Shown piece by piece: positions 37,931-47,440 of a stretch of DNA of 64,000 nucleotides. The stretch is taken from the IMG/VR virus record IMGVR_UViG_3300033072_000683, positions 1 through 64,000 of that record. The stretch is one strand, 5' to 3'. The position numbers were made by a program, and so were the translations under genes. This DNA is from a virus (Duplodnaviria > Caudoviricetes). Numbering within the stretch: position 1 is the stretch's first letter; every line of letters starts with the position of its first letter. The notes below the pieces were generated by a model. It worked only from the letters and a program-made list of their open reading frames with translations. It did no database searches and had not been told where the DNA came from.

Positions 37931-39309
37931 ATTTAAGCGAAATTTCAAAGGGCATCACACACATAGAGGAACTTGACACTTCCGATTTCTTGCGTGTTCT
38001 GACTAATTTGGTTGAATACGAGGTTACTGAGAAGGTCGATGGTTCCCAGATCTTGTTTGGAATCGACGATAAAGGATTCTATACTTCGCGAGAAACAAAG
38101 GGCGGTGATAGAGTTTATGCTGTCGAAGATTACAATATTCACTTTTCCACAACCTATAGGCGTGCAGCTCATAAGTTATTGGAAAGTGTGTTGCCACAGC
38201 TGAAGGAAGCTGGTCTGAAGCCAGGTGACCAAGTTGAGGCCGAGGTACTCTACGGCGAACTTCCGAACGTAGTGCCCTACTCGGCGGATAGTAACTATCT
38301 AATCTTCTTGCGTACCACTGAGGGTAGTGTAAATATTGATCGTTTGAAGCAAAAGCTTGATGGTCATTCGCTTTCTGTCACTCTTAAGGCTCCGATAACA
38401 GAGGATGGCAAATCAGTTGTTCTGGTGGAAAAAGCTGACCACTGGACATTCTCTCGTGTACCTCAAATTTCAGTAGAATATGCCAGAGTGCAACGCCTGG
38501 TTGAAAAGAAGCTAAAGGTGATGAGGGCATATCTCCTTGAAGTTACCTATGCCGGTATTCCCAATATGACAATTGAGAAGACGCCGCTGAATAGAATTCC
38601 AGCATGGTGTCCTCAATCTGATTGGAAAACTGTTAAAGAAGAACTAAAGGTCCACAAGGAGCGAGTCAAGTTCGAGTTGGACGAGATGAAGATGGAGATT
38701 AAAGAACTTCTCCTCGACCATTTTGTTCGAAAGTACAGTAGCATGTTTGGCCCCATTGAGGGTGGTTGGATCGAAGGCGTAGTTTTGAAGCATAGAGAAA
38801 ACGGCTCTATGGTAAAAATTGTCGATAAAAAGACGTTTGGTGTGATACGGGAGTTCGCCTGGAAAATACGCAATGACCTGACTGATAGACCGCGTGGTGT
38901 GAACGACAATTACAGCTTTATGGGCGAAGTATCCGTTGGGCTTGCCACTGCCTTGGGCCATCCCGAGCTAGGTACTATTCAATGTAAAAAATACAGCAAA
39001 CAGATGGTTCTTGAAGATATTTCGATTGGGAATATTAAAGAGTATATGCTATCGTTCCTTGAGAAGAAGAAGGTTGAACTTGGGAACAAATTAGATAAAT
39101 ATGAAGAAGAAAAGCATAAACTCGTTCTTAAGGTCGTCGAAGGAACGTTCAAAGATACGTTCGTTTATGCGGACACGGGAATTGATAGACGGACGAGAGA
39201 AACATTCGCTTCGGTTTATGAGCAGATCCAGGTACTTATGGATAAAATTTCCACTGCTCAAAGCCAGGATGATTTAATACAGGCGATAGCAGGGCGTTAC
39301 TTGACATGA
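37927..39309 (+). CDS. ATP-dependent ligase-fold (covalent nucleotidyltransferase, RNA-ligase-like) protein
   Basis: Motif I EVTEKVDG, Ia YTSR, III VEAEVL, IV IEGVVLK, V MVKIVDK. Confidence 0.75.
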   Translation: MNLSEISKGITHIEELDTSDFLRVLTNLVEYEVTEKVDGSQILFGIDDKGFYTSRETKGGDRVYAVEDYNIHFSTTYRRAAHKLLESVLPQLKEAGLKPGDQVEAEVLYGELPNVVPYSADSNYLIFLRTTEGSVNIDRLKQKLDGHSLSVTLKAPITEDGKSVVLVEKADHWTFSRVPQISVEYARVQRLVEKKLKVMRAYLLEVTYAGIPNMTIEKTPLNRIPAWCPQSDWKTVKEELKVHKERVKFELDEMKMEIKELLLDHFVRKYSSMFGPIEGGWIEGVVLKHRENGSMVKIVDKKTFGVIREFAWKIRNDLTDRPRGVNDNYSFMGEVSVGLATALGHPELGTIQCKKYSKQMVLEDISIGNIKEYMLSFLEKKKVELGNKLDKYEEEKHKLVLKVVEGTFKDTFVYADTGIDRRTRETFASVYEQIQVLMDKISTAQSQDDLIQAIAGRYLT

Positions 39310-39533
39310 GACTAGATGAGATTGTATCATTAAACACTGTTCTGAAATCAGACCAGTACATTAAGCTCTTACGAAGATTGAGAGCCAAAGCAATTGACGA
39401 CCTAAATGTCCAACGTATCAAGAACAAAATCATTCAGTCTTGGAAAAAGGGCATGAAGAAGCGCAAACATTTTGACAGCCTTCTTGCCGAAATTGATACA
39501 AATGTGGATGCATTACTTCAAGAAGAAGATTAA
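39306..39533 (+). CDS. Small basic hypothetical protein
   Basis: Coupled 75-aa ORF. Confidence 0.6.
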   Translation: MRLDEIVSLNTVLKSDQYIKLLRRLRAKAIDDLNVQRIKNKIIQSWKKGMKKRKHFDSLLAEIDTNVDALLQEED

Positions 39534-40411
39534 TGGATTTGAAATACAAGACGCTTCCGGAAAGTGAAGCAGGAACCGCGGTGCAAGGCTGCGGAACTAT
39601 ACATATTTCTGAAATTCAACCCACTCTTACTAAATTATCTAATGATCTTGAGTTTCCGTTCGATCTGAACGATTATACTCTCGGTTCCACGGGTAAAAAA
39701 GAATACTCGGGTGACATTGATTTAGTCTTGGATGATAAATGGTGGGGGCATGGCTCAAAGGCGCTGAAGGAAAATCTTGATGCACTTTTTGGAAAAGAAA
39801 ATGTCAAAGTCTACGGGGCAATGGTTCATCTAAAATATCCTATTGTTGGTTATGATCCAACCAAAGATGAGAGAAAACCAAGAACCGGGTTTGTACAAAT
39901 TGATTTCAATTTTGGAAATGCTGAGTGGGAAAAGTTCTATCACTTTAGCCCGGGTAGTGAGTCTGCCTATAAGGGCGCACATCGAAATCTTGCACTTGCA
40001 GCAATTACCTTTGCTGTAAATAAACTCGAGTCAAAAGAGAAAGACTCTTACGATAGACCCGAATGGGAAGTTAGGTACAAGTGGAGTCCGAAAGGATTTG
40101 CAAGGGTACACAGAATATCTATGAAGGATATGAGATCTGGTGTCTGGATGAAAAAACGTTGCGATACCGTAATCGAAGGTCCTCATTTCGATCCTGCAGT
40201 AATTGCTAGGATTATATTCCCCGTGGATGGCACTGAAAAAGATCTTGAAAGTTTGGAAAATATCATGGCTGCGGTAAAGCGTAACTATGATAAAGACCAA
40301 CAAGAAGCTATTTGGAAGCGTATGGCCTCCAATTTTAGCGACTGGAGAGACGGAAAAGACTTCGAATATCCATCAGAAATAGATCAGTATTTCGTGGTAA
40401 ATGATAAATAA
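39533..40411 (+). CDS. Pol-beta superfamily nucleotidyltransferase
   Basis: LGSTGKKEYSGDIDL (GS..DxD) and third Asp in VQIDF. Confidence 0.75.
   Translation: MDLKYKTLPESEAGTAVQGCGTIHISEIQPTLTKLSNDLEFPFDLNDYTLGSTGKKEYSGDIDLVLDDKWWGHGSKALKENLDALFGKENVKVYGAMVHLKYPIVGYDPTKDERKPRTGFVQIDFNFGNAEWEKFYHFSPGSESAYKGAHRNLALAAITFAVNKLESKEKDSYDRPEWEVRYKWSPKGFARVHRISMKDMRSGVWMKKRCDTVIEGPHFDPAVIARIIFPVDGTEKDLESLENIMAAVKRNYDKDQQEAIWKRMASNFSDWRDGKDFEYPSEIDQYFVVNDK
40403..40410 (+). promoter_or_regulatory. Late promoter GATAAATA
   Basis: Octamer match. Confidence 0.65.
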
Positions 40412-40458
40412 GTTTATGAATAGGATTAACCTATCACAAATTTAAGGAGTGATTTATC

Positions 40459-41040
40459 ATGACACAAAAGATCAATGGTGCAGCCTACCCAGGTGTATGG
40501 GTTGAAAGAAAGGTTGCTTTCGTTAAGCTTGTTTTCAACAAGGACATCAAGGCACTTGCAGCAGCAGATTTGCACGTTCTTGGCACAGCTACTCCAGCTG
40601 GCGCAGGTACAGTTGCAGATTCCAGCTTCGCAGTTGTTGAGTCGGCTCTTGTTCAAGCTCTTAAGACACTAGAAACCAAGGCTACAGTTCTTGCAGTTTC
40701 CGAATATGACGCAACAGGCTTCGCAGTTGACGTTATGCTAGGCAACGCAGAAGGTTGGTTCTCGGATGCAGCTGGCGTTATCGCTACAGCTCTTCCAGTT
40801 ATCGCAGCTCAAGCTAAGGTTACTACAGCTGGTGCAGCCCCAACAAACGTAGTTGGCGCAACAGTTGGTGTTAACGATGGTGCAGTTACATTTGACATGG
40901 CATTCGTATGGATGGATGGCACAATGGCAGCAGCAACATTCGCTAACGGCGCATTGGCACTTGGCCCAGGTGCAACATCTGGTGCATTCCCAATGAACAG
41001 CCCAACTGGTACACCGGGTTACTACCCACGTCCAGTCTAA
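40459..41040 (+). CDS. Ala-rich virion structural protein (paralog 1)
   Basis: Late promoter, AAGGAG SD, own terminator. Confidence 0.75.
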   Translation: MTQKINGAAYPGVWVERKVAFVKLVFNKDIKALAAADLHVLGTATPAGAGTVADSSFAVVESALVQALKTLETKATVLAVSEYDATGFAVDVMLGNAEGWFSDAAGVIATALPVIAAQAKVTTAGAAPTNVVGATVGVNDGAVTFDMAFVWMDGTMAAATFANGALALGPGATSGAFPMNSPTGTPGYYPRPV

Positions 41041-41061
41041 TCCACGGATTAGCGGAACAAG

Positions 41062-41083
41062 AAGCGGCTTCGGCCGCTTTTTT
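41062..41083 (+). terminator. Intrinsic terminator
   Basis: AAGCGGC-TTCG-GCCGCTT-TTTT. Confidence 0.88.
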
Positions 41084-41106
41084 GTTGACTGAAAATCTTG
41101 TCTCTT

Positions 41107-41114
41107 GATAAATA
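41107..41114 (+). promoter_or_regulatory. Late promoter GATAAATA
   Basis: Octamer match. Confidence 0.65.
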
Positions 41115-41139
41115 TAGATAACTTGTAGGAGAATACAAA

Positions 41140-41712
41140 ATGGTTTTCAGAGTTAACGGTGGCATCATCAATGACCAAACATTGACTGGTGGCATGAGAT
41201 TTTTCAAGATTACAGGCCCGTTTGCATGGACCGTTTCAAATGGTTCGGTCAACTTGCCAGTAGTTTTCAATGGTGGTGATCCTTTGATCACAAGTTATTT
41301 CGTAGTAGGTAACAATAGACCTGTTCCAAACAGTGCAGCTGAAATTGTTCTAAAAGAAATTAGCAAGAAGGCAGATATTGTCCTTGTAGGATTAATGCCT
41401 AATACATACGGTGCAACAACAGAACTTCATATTGGTGTTTCTGCTTCAGCGTTTGGTTGGGGCTCTGACGTTCCTGCATATGATGTTCCTCCAGCTAATG
41501 CGGACGAAGAACAATTGCCAACCTCCCCAACGGCAGCGGCAACACAAATGCAAGCAGCAATTCAAGCATTGCCAAATGCAACAGTTTATGTTTCTGTAGG
41601 TGCCCCAAACCCATTGACAGCACCTGTTACCGCAGTTGCAGCATTTGGTGCATGCACAGTAACAGAAGTTTCTTTCTCGCTAGGAACTGCTACATATTAC
41701 AATTTGGCATAA
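41140..41712 (+). CDS. Virion structural protein (paralog 2)
   Basis: MVFRVNGG...QTLTG...PVPNSAAEIV. Confidence 0.75.
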   Translation: MVFRVNGGIINDQTLTGGMRFFKITGPFAWTVSNGSVNLPVVFNGGDPLITSYFVVGNNRPVPNSAAEIVLKEISKKADIVLVGLMPNTYGATTELHIGVSASAFGWGSDVPAYDVPPANADEEQLPTSPTAAATQMQAAIQALPNATVYVSVGAPNPLTAPVTAVAAFGACTVTEVSFSLGTATYYNLA

Positions 41713-41730
41713 TTGTTTTCTAACCAAGAG

Positions 41731-41752
41731 AAGCGCCCTTGAGGCGCTTTTC
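41731..41752 (+). terminator. Intrinsic terminator
   Basis: AAGCGCC-CTTGA-GGCGCTT-TTC. Confidence 0.8.
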
Positions 41753-41778
41753 TTATGATCTCTTGTTCAGAAAATATT

Positions 41779-41786
41779 GATAAATA
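41779..41786 (+). promoter_or_regulatory. Late promoter GATAAATA
   Basis: Octamer match. Confidence 0.65.
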
Positions 41787-41809
41787 CAAGAAAACATAGG
41801 AAATGAACT

Positions 41810-42733
41810 ATGCCAGTAAGAACAACGGGCGGTGTATTTGATGAGCAGGTGTTGACCGGATCTCTGGCACATTATGTAGTGTGTGGAGCCGATTTCAGCG
41901 GTGCCATTAATAGCTATGGCCAACCAGTACCAAATTCGGCAGCAGAAATTATTTTTACAAAAATTTCTGAAGGTGCCTACATCAATATCATGAATCCAAA
42001 TGATTGTAACCTGTCTTTTGCATTAGAAGCAGGACGATCGATCTGGGATGAAATTTCTCTAACTGCAATGATTCATAGCCTTGGAACAGATGTGGGCGTG
42101 GATCATATCAACTGTACTCTTCTAACAGTTAAGAGAGTTCCGTATGTTTGGGGATGCGGAACCGGTGGGGTTGATACTTTCCTTGAACTTCTTGACACAC
42201 CGGATTCATATGCTGGCGCAGCAGGATTTACAGTTGCGGTAAATGCAACCGAAGATGGTCTTATTTTTGTTCCAGCGTCTGCAGGTGCTAATGCATTTTC
42301 GTTTGTTGCATCTCCTTCGCAGCCAACAATTTCGGCAGTAGGTAGCGATACACTTACAATTATCCCCGGACCGAATATCTATGTTACTACCAACGCTCTT
42401 GCAAAGAGTGTAACAATCAGTTCCGGTGCCGGTGTTGATTATATTCCTGTGCCCCCTGGCACAAACTTGCTTATCGGAACAAAATATTTCGTCACCGGGT
42501 CTGGCACGGTTTATCTTCCTCCTTTAACCGGATCGGGATATACAGCAGGTAGATCTGTAGCGGTAACCAAGGCAATCGGCTCTACGGTGTTCATTGATGT
42601 CGGTCATGTGTCTGACTCTATTTCGACCGACCTCGGCAGTACAAATTCAATTGAATTTGATGCAACACAGGAATGTATTTTTGTAAACAACGGCGCCGGT
42701 GCATGGGAGCTTCAAGTTGGTTCGGCTAATTGA
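41810..42733 (+). CDS. Virion structural protein (paralog 3) with fibre-like C-terminal extension
   Basis: MPVRTTGG...QVLTG...PVPNSAAEII; FLELLDTPDSYAGAAG..VAVNATEDGLIF repeat. Confidence 0.75.
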   Translation: MPVRTTGGVFDEQVLTGSLAHYVVCGADFSGAINSYGQPVPNSAAEIIFTKISEGAYINIMNPNDCNLSFALEAGRSIWDEISLTAMIHSLGTDVGVDHINCTLLTVKRVPYVWGCGTGGVDTFLELLDTPDSYAGAAGFTVAVNATEDGLIFVPASAGANAFSFVASPSQPTISAVGSDTLTIIPGPNIYVTTNALAKSVTISSGAGVDYIPVPPGTNLLIGTKYFVTGSGTVYLPPLTGSGYTAGRSVAVTKAIGSTVFIDVGHVSDSISTDLGSTNSIEFDATQECIFVNNGAGAWELQVGSAN

Positions 42734-42770
42734 TAAAACCCAGGTAAATAGAACAAGATAAGGATTACAG

Positions 42771-43271
42771 ATGCCAAAACAAATTCATGGTGCCGCATCG
42801 GCAATGCAAAATTTGACAGCAGATTTGCAGTATTACGTCTGCTATGCATCTTCACCTGGTTGCTTTACTGACCCAAATCCAAATCCGCCACCTAGCCAAG
42901 AAATTGCACGTTTAGTGAATATTCAAGTTACAGGTAACCCACTAGATCAAAGTCAAAAAAACTTTGAGGTATTCTTAATGAGTATCGGCCTTAGAGCCAT
43001 GCCTGTGGTACTTGCCGACCCTGTTGCAGTTCTTGAATTAGCCGACTATACAGTTGAATTAGCAGGCGAAGGCTTTATCTGGAAATTTGCAGTAGAAAGA
43101 GGCGTACAATTTTTCAACTTTACACCTTACGGAACACCCGGTCCCGTAGGACTTCTTGTCGACGATCTCGATGGTGTTGTTATCCCAAGTGGTGTAAGAA
43201 TTACTACAGTTTCTGGAAGCCCGAGCGGTTGGGCCAAGAATGTAGCCTTTACCAGGATGGATTCCATATGA
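42771..43271 (+). CDS. Virion structural protein (paralog 4)
   Basis: MPKQIHGA...QNLT; GGTAAATA at 42743-42750. Confidence 0.7.
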   Translation: MPKQIHGAASAMQNLTADLQYYVCYASSPGCFTDPNPNPPPSQEIARLVNIQVTGNPLDQSQKNFEVFLMSIGLRAMPVVLADPVAVLELADYTVELAGEGFIWKFAVERGVQFFNFTPYGTPGPVGLLVDDLDGVVIPSGVRITTVSGSPSGWAKNVAFTRMDSI

Positions 43272-44032
43272 TTAAAAATGACCACATAATTCAAAGTATT
43301 GCCTACGGAGATGCAGTTAGGAAACTGGCTGAATTGAGAGGTATTGGTCTAACTGAAGCAAGACAAGAGATTAGCAGAATGGGCTTTAAGGAGTACCACA
43401 CATTTGTGAACGAAGCAGGTGCAAATATTACACCCCCTTCGGGCAATCCGCTAGGGCCAACAACCCCTCAGGGACAAGCACAGAAGGCCCCTGCAGCATC
43501 GAAAGGTCCGCAACAAATTAAGTCAATCTGGCCGGGACAAGGAGCACCTGTTGAGGTAGGAATGACTGTCGGCCTTAAGGATCCTAAGGGTCTTCCAGTT
43601 CCTGGACAGGTATCTCAGGTAGATATGTCAGCAAATGGAGTTAAGGTTAAGAATCCAACTACTGGCAAAGATGAATGGATGAATACCGATGAGCTTCAGC
43701 CTTTTATGGCACAACAAGAACCAGGTACACCCGAACCCGGTGAACAGCAAGATCTTCAAAGACTAAGAGAGCTTGCAGGTATTCAAGAAAATTGCAGCGG
43801 TGGTGCAACAGGCGCCGGTGCTATAGCAATTGCTCCTGCTCCACTAGGTCGTATGAAGAAGCGTGAACCAGCAGAAGAAGCACTAAAGAAAGAATACACT
43901 CCACGAGAAGCTGCAAAAACAATTATAGGTGATACAAAGCCTAATCAAGCTTCGGGCGAATTGTCGGCAACACTTGCGGCAAATGGAAGAAAGACAGCAA
44001 GCAGAATCAACAACGGCATTAAGAGACGATAA
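43268..44032 (+). CDS. Late hypothetical protein with SH3/KOW-like module
   Basis: VEVGMTVGL...GQVSQVD..GVKVKNP. Confidence 0.7.
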   Translation: MIKNDHIIQSIAYGDAVRKLAELRGIGLTEARQEISRMGFKEYHTFVNEAGANITPPSGNPLGPTTPQGQAQKAPAASKGPQQIKSIWPGQGAPVEVGMTVGLKDPKGLPVPGQVSQVDMSANGVKVKNPTTGKDEWMNTDELQPFMAQQEPGTPEPGEQQDLQRLRELAGIQENCSGGATGAGAIAIAPAPLGRMKKREPAEEALKKEYTPREAAKTIIGDTKPNQASGELSATLAANGRKTASRINNGIKRR

Positions 44033-44481
44033 TGAACAAGACTCTTCTTATTGAAAAACTAGATAGGGCTACCGATAAGGCAGTTTCGGTTGCAATAGTG
44101 CGAGGTATTCCTTTGCCTGTTGCAAAGAGATCTACGCTCATCGGTAACATTCTTGTTGAGAAAAATAAGAAGGGATTCTATAATGTCACATCCTTTGATG
44201 GCAGAATCTTGTTTGAGGATATTTTAGTTTTCGATGTAGCGGTTATTGTTGCCCAAAGATATAATGACGGCGAAATGTCTACCATTAAGAAAGTCTTGGC
44301 ATTAGAAGAAAAATATGCCAAGCACCATGCCGATATGGTAAATTATTTGCATTGTCTGAAGTCTGCCAAAAAGCAGAATGATGCAGAAAGAATGGCAATC
44401 CTTGAGGATAAATTCCAGGTATCTGAAATCCATGCTAAAAGCATTAGGGACAGTATCTCCATTTTCAAGAGAACAAAATAG
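44032..44481 (+). CDS. Hypothetical protein
   Basis: Coupled 149-aa ORF. Confidence 0.7.
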   Translation: MNKTLLIEKLDRATDKAVSVAIVRGIPLPVAKRSTLIGNILVEKNKKGFYNVTSFDGRILFEDILVFDVAVIVAQRYNDGEMSTIKKVLALEEKYAKHHADMVNYLHCLKSAKKQNDAERMAILEDKFQVSEIHAKSIRDSISIFKRTK

Positions 44482-44491
44482 CCAGTAGATT

Positions 44492-44499
44492 GATAAATA
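44492..44499 (+). promoter_or_regulatory. Late promoter GATAAATA
   Basis: Octamer match. Confidence 0.65.
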
Positions 44500-44530
44500 C
44501 TAGAAATACAATTTAACAGGAACTGTTTAT

Positions 44531-45901
44531 ATGCTTTTAAACGATATTGGTAAATCACCTGATGCCACTTTCAGAAAGATAAATCAGCACCTTGAGTCGA
44601 ATTACGGTTTTAAGATTTCCGAAGACGTTAGTGATAAAGATTTGGTCATGATTATGGAGCAAATTGAAGAGGAAATTACCGAATTAAAGATTAAGGGTGA
44701 TGATGCTAAGGCTTCTCCGGAAATTTCAAAGAGATTGCTTGTACTCGAAGGCATCAGAAATCTCCGCGAATTCGCAATGATGCAATTTCAGTCTCCAAAA
44801 TTGAATGCAGTTATCAAGAATCTTACAGACTTTGTAGTCGAAACATTCGAGATCACAGGCATGCAGCAAGGAGATTTTGAAGCAGCGGTACAGCGAGCAA
44901 TGGATGAATATCGTTCAAGCAGATATCGCTTCCCCGATGATGTAATTGAAAATCGTGTTCGCCAAGAAGCAATGCAAAGAATTCAAGCAGCAAATAACAT
45001 TCCTACCACAGAACCAGCAATGACTTTCCCTATGATGGAAGATGATCTAGCAGCTGAAGAAGATGATGAAGCATCTGTAGGAGAAATTGAGGAAGGTGCT
45101 TGGGATGATATCGGAAGAGCAAAGCGCCCATCGGCAAGAGGTGGTCACCCAGGCGAAGTTCCGAACACCCCTCAGGCACAACATGCTTTGAAGGCTCTAA
45201 ATAATCCATCTTTGTCATTGGCTCCCCAGAAAGATGACGAACAAATCCCTATGGTTCGTGATAAGCACGGTCGTATGGTACCAGACCCATTTGCAGCACA
45301 AGCGGCTGCCCGTAGAAAAGGAATAGTAATGAAAGAAAATCTAGTAAAGCGTCTAAGAACTCTTCTTGAGACAGAAGTCAGCCAAGCCGAAGTTATGATG
45401 GCAGCTAAGGGTTTTGCTCAAGAATTACAAGAAATGATTGAAAAGATTGGTCGTTTGTCCAACGAAGATCTACCACCTGTAACTGACCAAATGCGTGAAA
45501 CATATGGATCGGATTCATCGATGGCATTCCAGACACAAATTTCTGGTGCCCTACAAAGTGTTATGGATTCTCTGTATGCAGCTAAGGCTCAAGTTGATGA
45601 TGCAGTTTCTAATATGGCTGCTACAGGTCAGGTTGGTGCAGCGGTTGACATGGACAAGGATCTAGCTATGGGCGGTGACCCAATGGCCGAGCCTGAAATG
45701 GCGATGGACCCAGATCTTGACAATATCGAAGCAGATCTTGATGCAGAAGCAGGCGACGAATTCGGCGCTGTTGACGGCGAAGAGCCACTAGGCCGTGCTA
45801 AGAAGATGGAATCGGTTGAAACCATGAAGCGCAAGATTAGCGAAATGCAACGTCTTGTTGACAAGGCTCGTAAGCTAAGAGAAGCATCTGCTAGAAGATA
45901 A
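44531..45901 (+). CDS. Acidic coiled-coil late protein (possible prohead core/scaffold)
   Basis: 456 aa, D/E/A/M-rich, late promoter. Confidence 0.6.
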   Translation: MLLNDIGKSPDATFRKINQHLESNYGFKISEDVSDKDLVMIMEQIEEEITELKIKGDDAKASPEISKRLLVLEGIRNLREFAMMQFQSPKLNAVIKNLTDFVVETFEITGMQQGDFEAAVQRAMDEYRSSRYRFPDDVIENRVRQEAMQRIQAANNIPTTEPAMTFPMMEDDLAAEEDDEASVGEIEEGAWDDIGRAKRPSARGGHPGEVPNTPQAQHALKALNNPSLSLAPQKDDEQIPMVRDKHGRMVPDPFAAQAAARRKGIVMKENLVKRLRTLLETEVSQAEVMMAAKGFAQELQEMIEKIGRLSNEDLPPVTDQMRETYGSDSSMAFQTQISGALQSVMDSLYAAKAQVDDAVSNMAATGQVGAAVDMDKDLAMGGDPMAEPEMAMDPDLDNIEADLDAEAGDEFGAVDGEEPLGRAKKMESVETMKRKISEMQRLVDKARKLREASARR

Positions 45902-46224
45902 TGAGAGCAAGAGAACTACTTGACGAGAATTACAACACCAATCTTGAAGCAGATCTAAGTAATTTACTCGTCGGAGCTAAGGGCGCAGGCGCTGAAGAAA
46001 TTAACACACAAGATGTGGTAGTTCAGCTTCAGGGTATGGGCTATTCTGTCGATGAGAATAGTATCATGACCCTGCTAAGTAGAAATCCAATGGTTCTTAA
46101 TGCTACACCCTCGTCGATTAGATTTACCAGCCCCGAAGGCGTGAATCCCGGTCAAGGTGCTTCGGGTAAAGATGCAGCCGCACAGGTTTCGTCTATGGCT
46201 CAGAAAGCCACAAAAATAGGATAA
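45901..46224 (+). CDS. Hypothetical late protein
   Basis: Coupled 107-aa ORF. Confidence 0.7.
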   Translation: MRARELLDENYNTNLEADLSNLLVGAKGAGAEEINTQDVVVQLQGMGYSVDENSIMTLLSRNPMVLNATPSSIRFTSPEGVNPGQGASGKDAAAQVSSMAQKATKIG

Positions 46225-46228
46225 GATA

Positions 46229-47401
46229 ATGTCAGATTGCTGCACACCCGGCACAGGTTTTCCAAATTCGAGTTTAATGCAACAATTGGCATTAAACCAT
46301 CCTGTAATTTGGGAAGAAATTTGCATGATTCAGCAAGCAATTCTTGCTGCTTCAAGTCAGTGCCAGGTCGGTGGTGGCCAAATGTGTACAACAGTTGGTG
46401 GTACTACTCCGATGACATTTGTGACAGGTGTTGAGAGTGTTACCGTTGTTAATGGTGGCTCTGGTTATTTCGCAGATACTCCGTCTATCTATTTTGAGCC
46501 TCCTGTCGGTGTTACTCCATCTGTTATTGCTACAGGTACAGTTTCGACAAACGGTGGCAATATTATCGGCATCACAATTACCAATCCGGGTGCAGGATAT
46601 CAGCCAGTTCCTGCAACAATGAGTGTTACATCTATTGGTGGTTTCGGTGCAATACTCGATCCTCTAGTGAATGCTGCCGGGGAAATTGTCGGTGTAAATA
46701 TCGTCAATGCCGGATCAGGCTACACGACAGCAGACACCGTGACAGCAGCCAGAGCAGTTGTGCCAAATCCTGCATATGTAAATGCTACATTCGCAATTAC
46801 AAGCGTGAGCATTACCGGACAAATTTTGAACGTTGCTGTTCTAAATCCTGGATCGGGATATCAGAATAGTGTTACAGAAGCTAAGATTGTTTCCACATTA
46901 AATCCTTTAGTTCCATATCCACTTGGAACAGGATTCTATGGAACAGTATTAACTGATAATCTAGGTGGAGTTACTGGTGTAGTTGTCGATAATACTGGTT
47001 CGGGATATTCTACATATCTTCCTTACCTTGTTATCACAGATCCCGGCACAGGTGCAGAAACAACAGTAACCCTTAGCGGAACATCTGTTGCATCTATCAC
47101 AGTTAACGAACCAGGAACACAATATACCACTGGCGCAACAGGCACAGTTTTCAACCCATTGACAGCAGCATTGCCTAATCCGCCAGCTACTCCAGCAGTA
47201 GTTACAATCAACACCATGCAGAATACCTTTGGTACAAATCCTAACTTGTATTACCAGGTATGGGCAGGTACTGCAAGCAATAAACAAATCGAACTTCAAT
47301 TGAATCAAGTGTTGTCTTATTTTACAGGATTAGGCTACACTATCAAGATTCAAACAAACCCGGATACAGGTTCCACTATTCAGTGGAAAATCTGCTGGTA
47401 A
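46229..47401 (+). CDS. Virion (tail/baseplate) protein with repeated hhNxGSGY motifs
   Basis: VVNGGSGY, ITNPGAGY, IVNAGSGY, VLNPGSGY, VDNTGSGY, VNEPGTQY. Confidence 0.75.
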   Translation: MSDCCTPGTGFPNSSLMQQLALNHPVIWEEICMIQQAILAASSQCQVGGGQMCTTVGGTTPMTFVTGVESVTVVNGGSGYFADTPSIYFEPPVGVTPSVIATGTVSTNGGNIIGITITNPGAGYQPVPATMSVTSIGGFGAILDPLVNAAGEIVGVNIVNAGSGYTTADTVTAARAVVPNPAYVNATFAITSVSITGQILNVAVLNPGSGYQNSVTEAKIVSTLNPLVPYPLGTGFYGTVLTDNLGGVTGVVVDNTGSGYSTYLPYLVITDPGTGAETTVTLSGTSVASITVNEPGTQYTTGATGTVFNPLTAALPNPPATPAVVTINTMQNTFGTNPNLYYQVWAGTASNKQIELQLNQVLSYFTGLGYTIKIQTNPDTGSTIQWKICW

Positions 47402-47405
47402 TGCA

Positions 47406-47434
47406 TTGACTCGTGATACTCTTTATGTTACAAT
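47406..47434 (+). promoter_or_regulatory. sigma70-type promoter
   Basis: TTGACT-N17-TACAAT. Confidence 0.75.
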
Positions 47435-47440
47435 TCGTCA

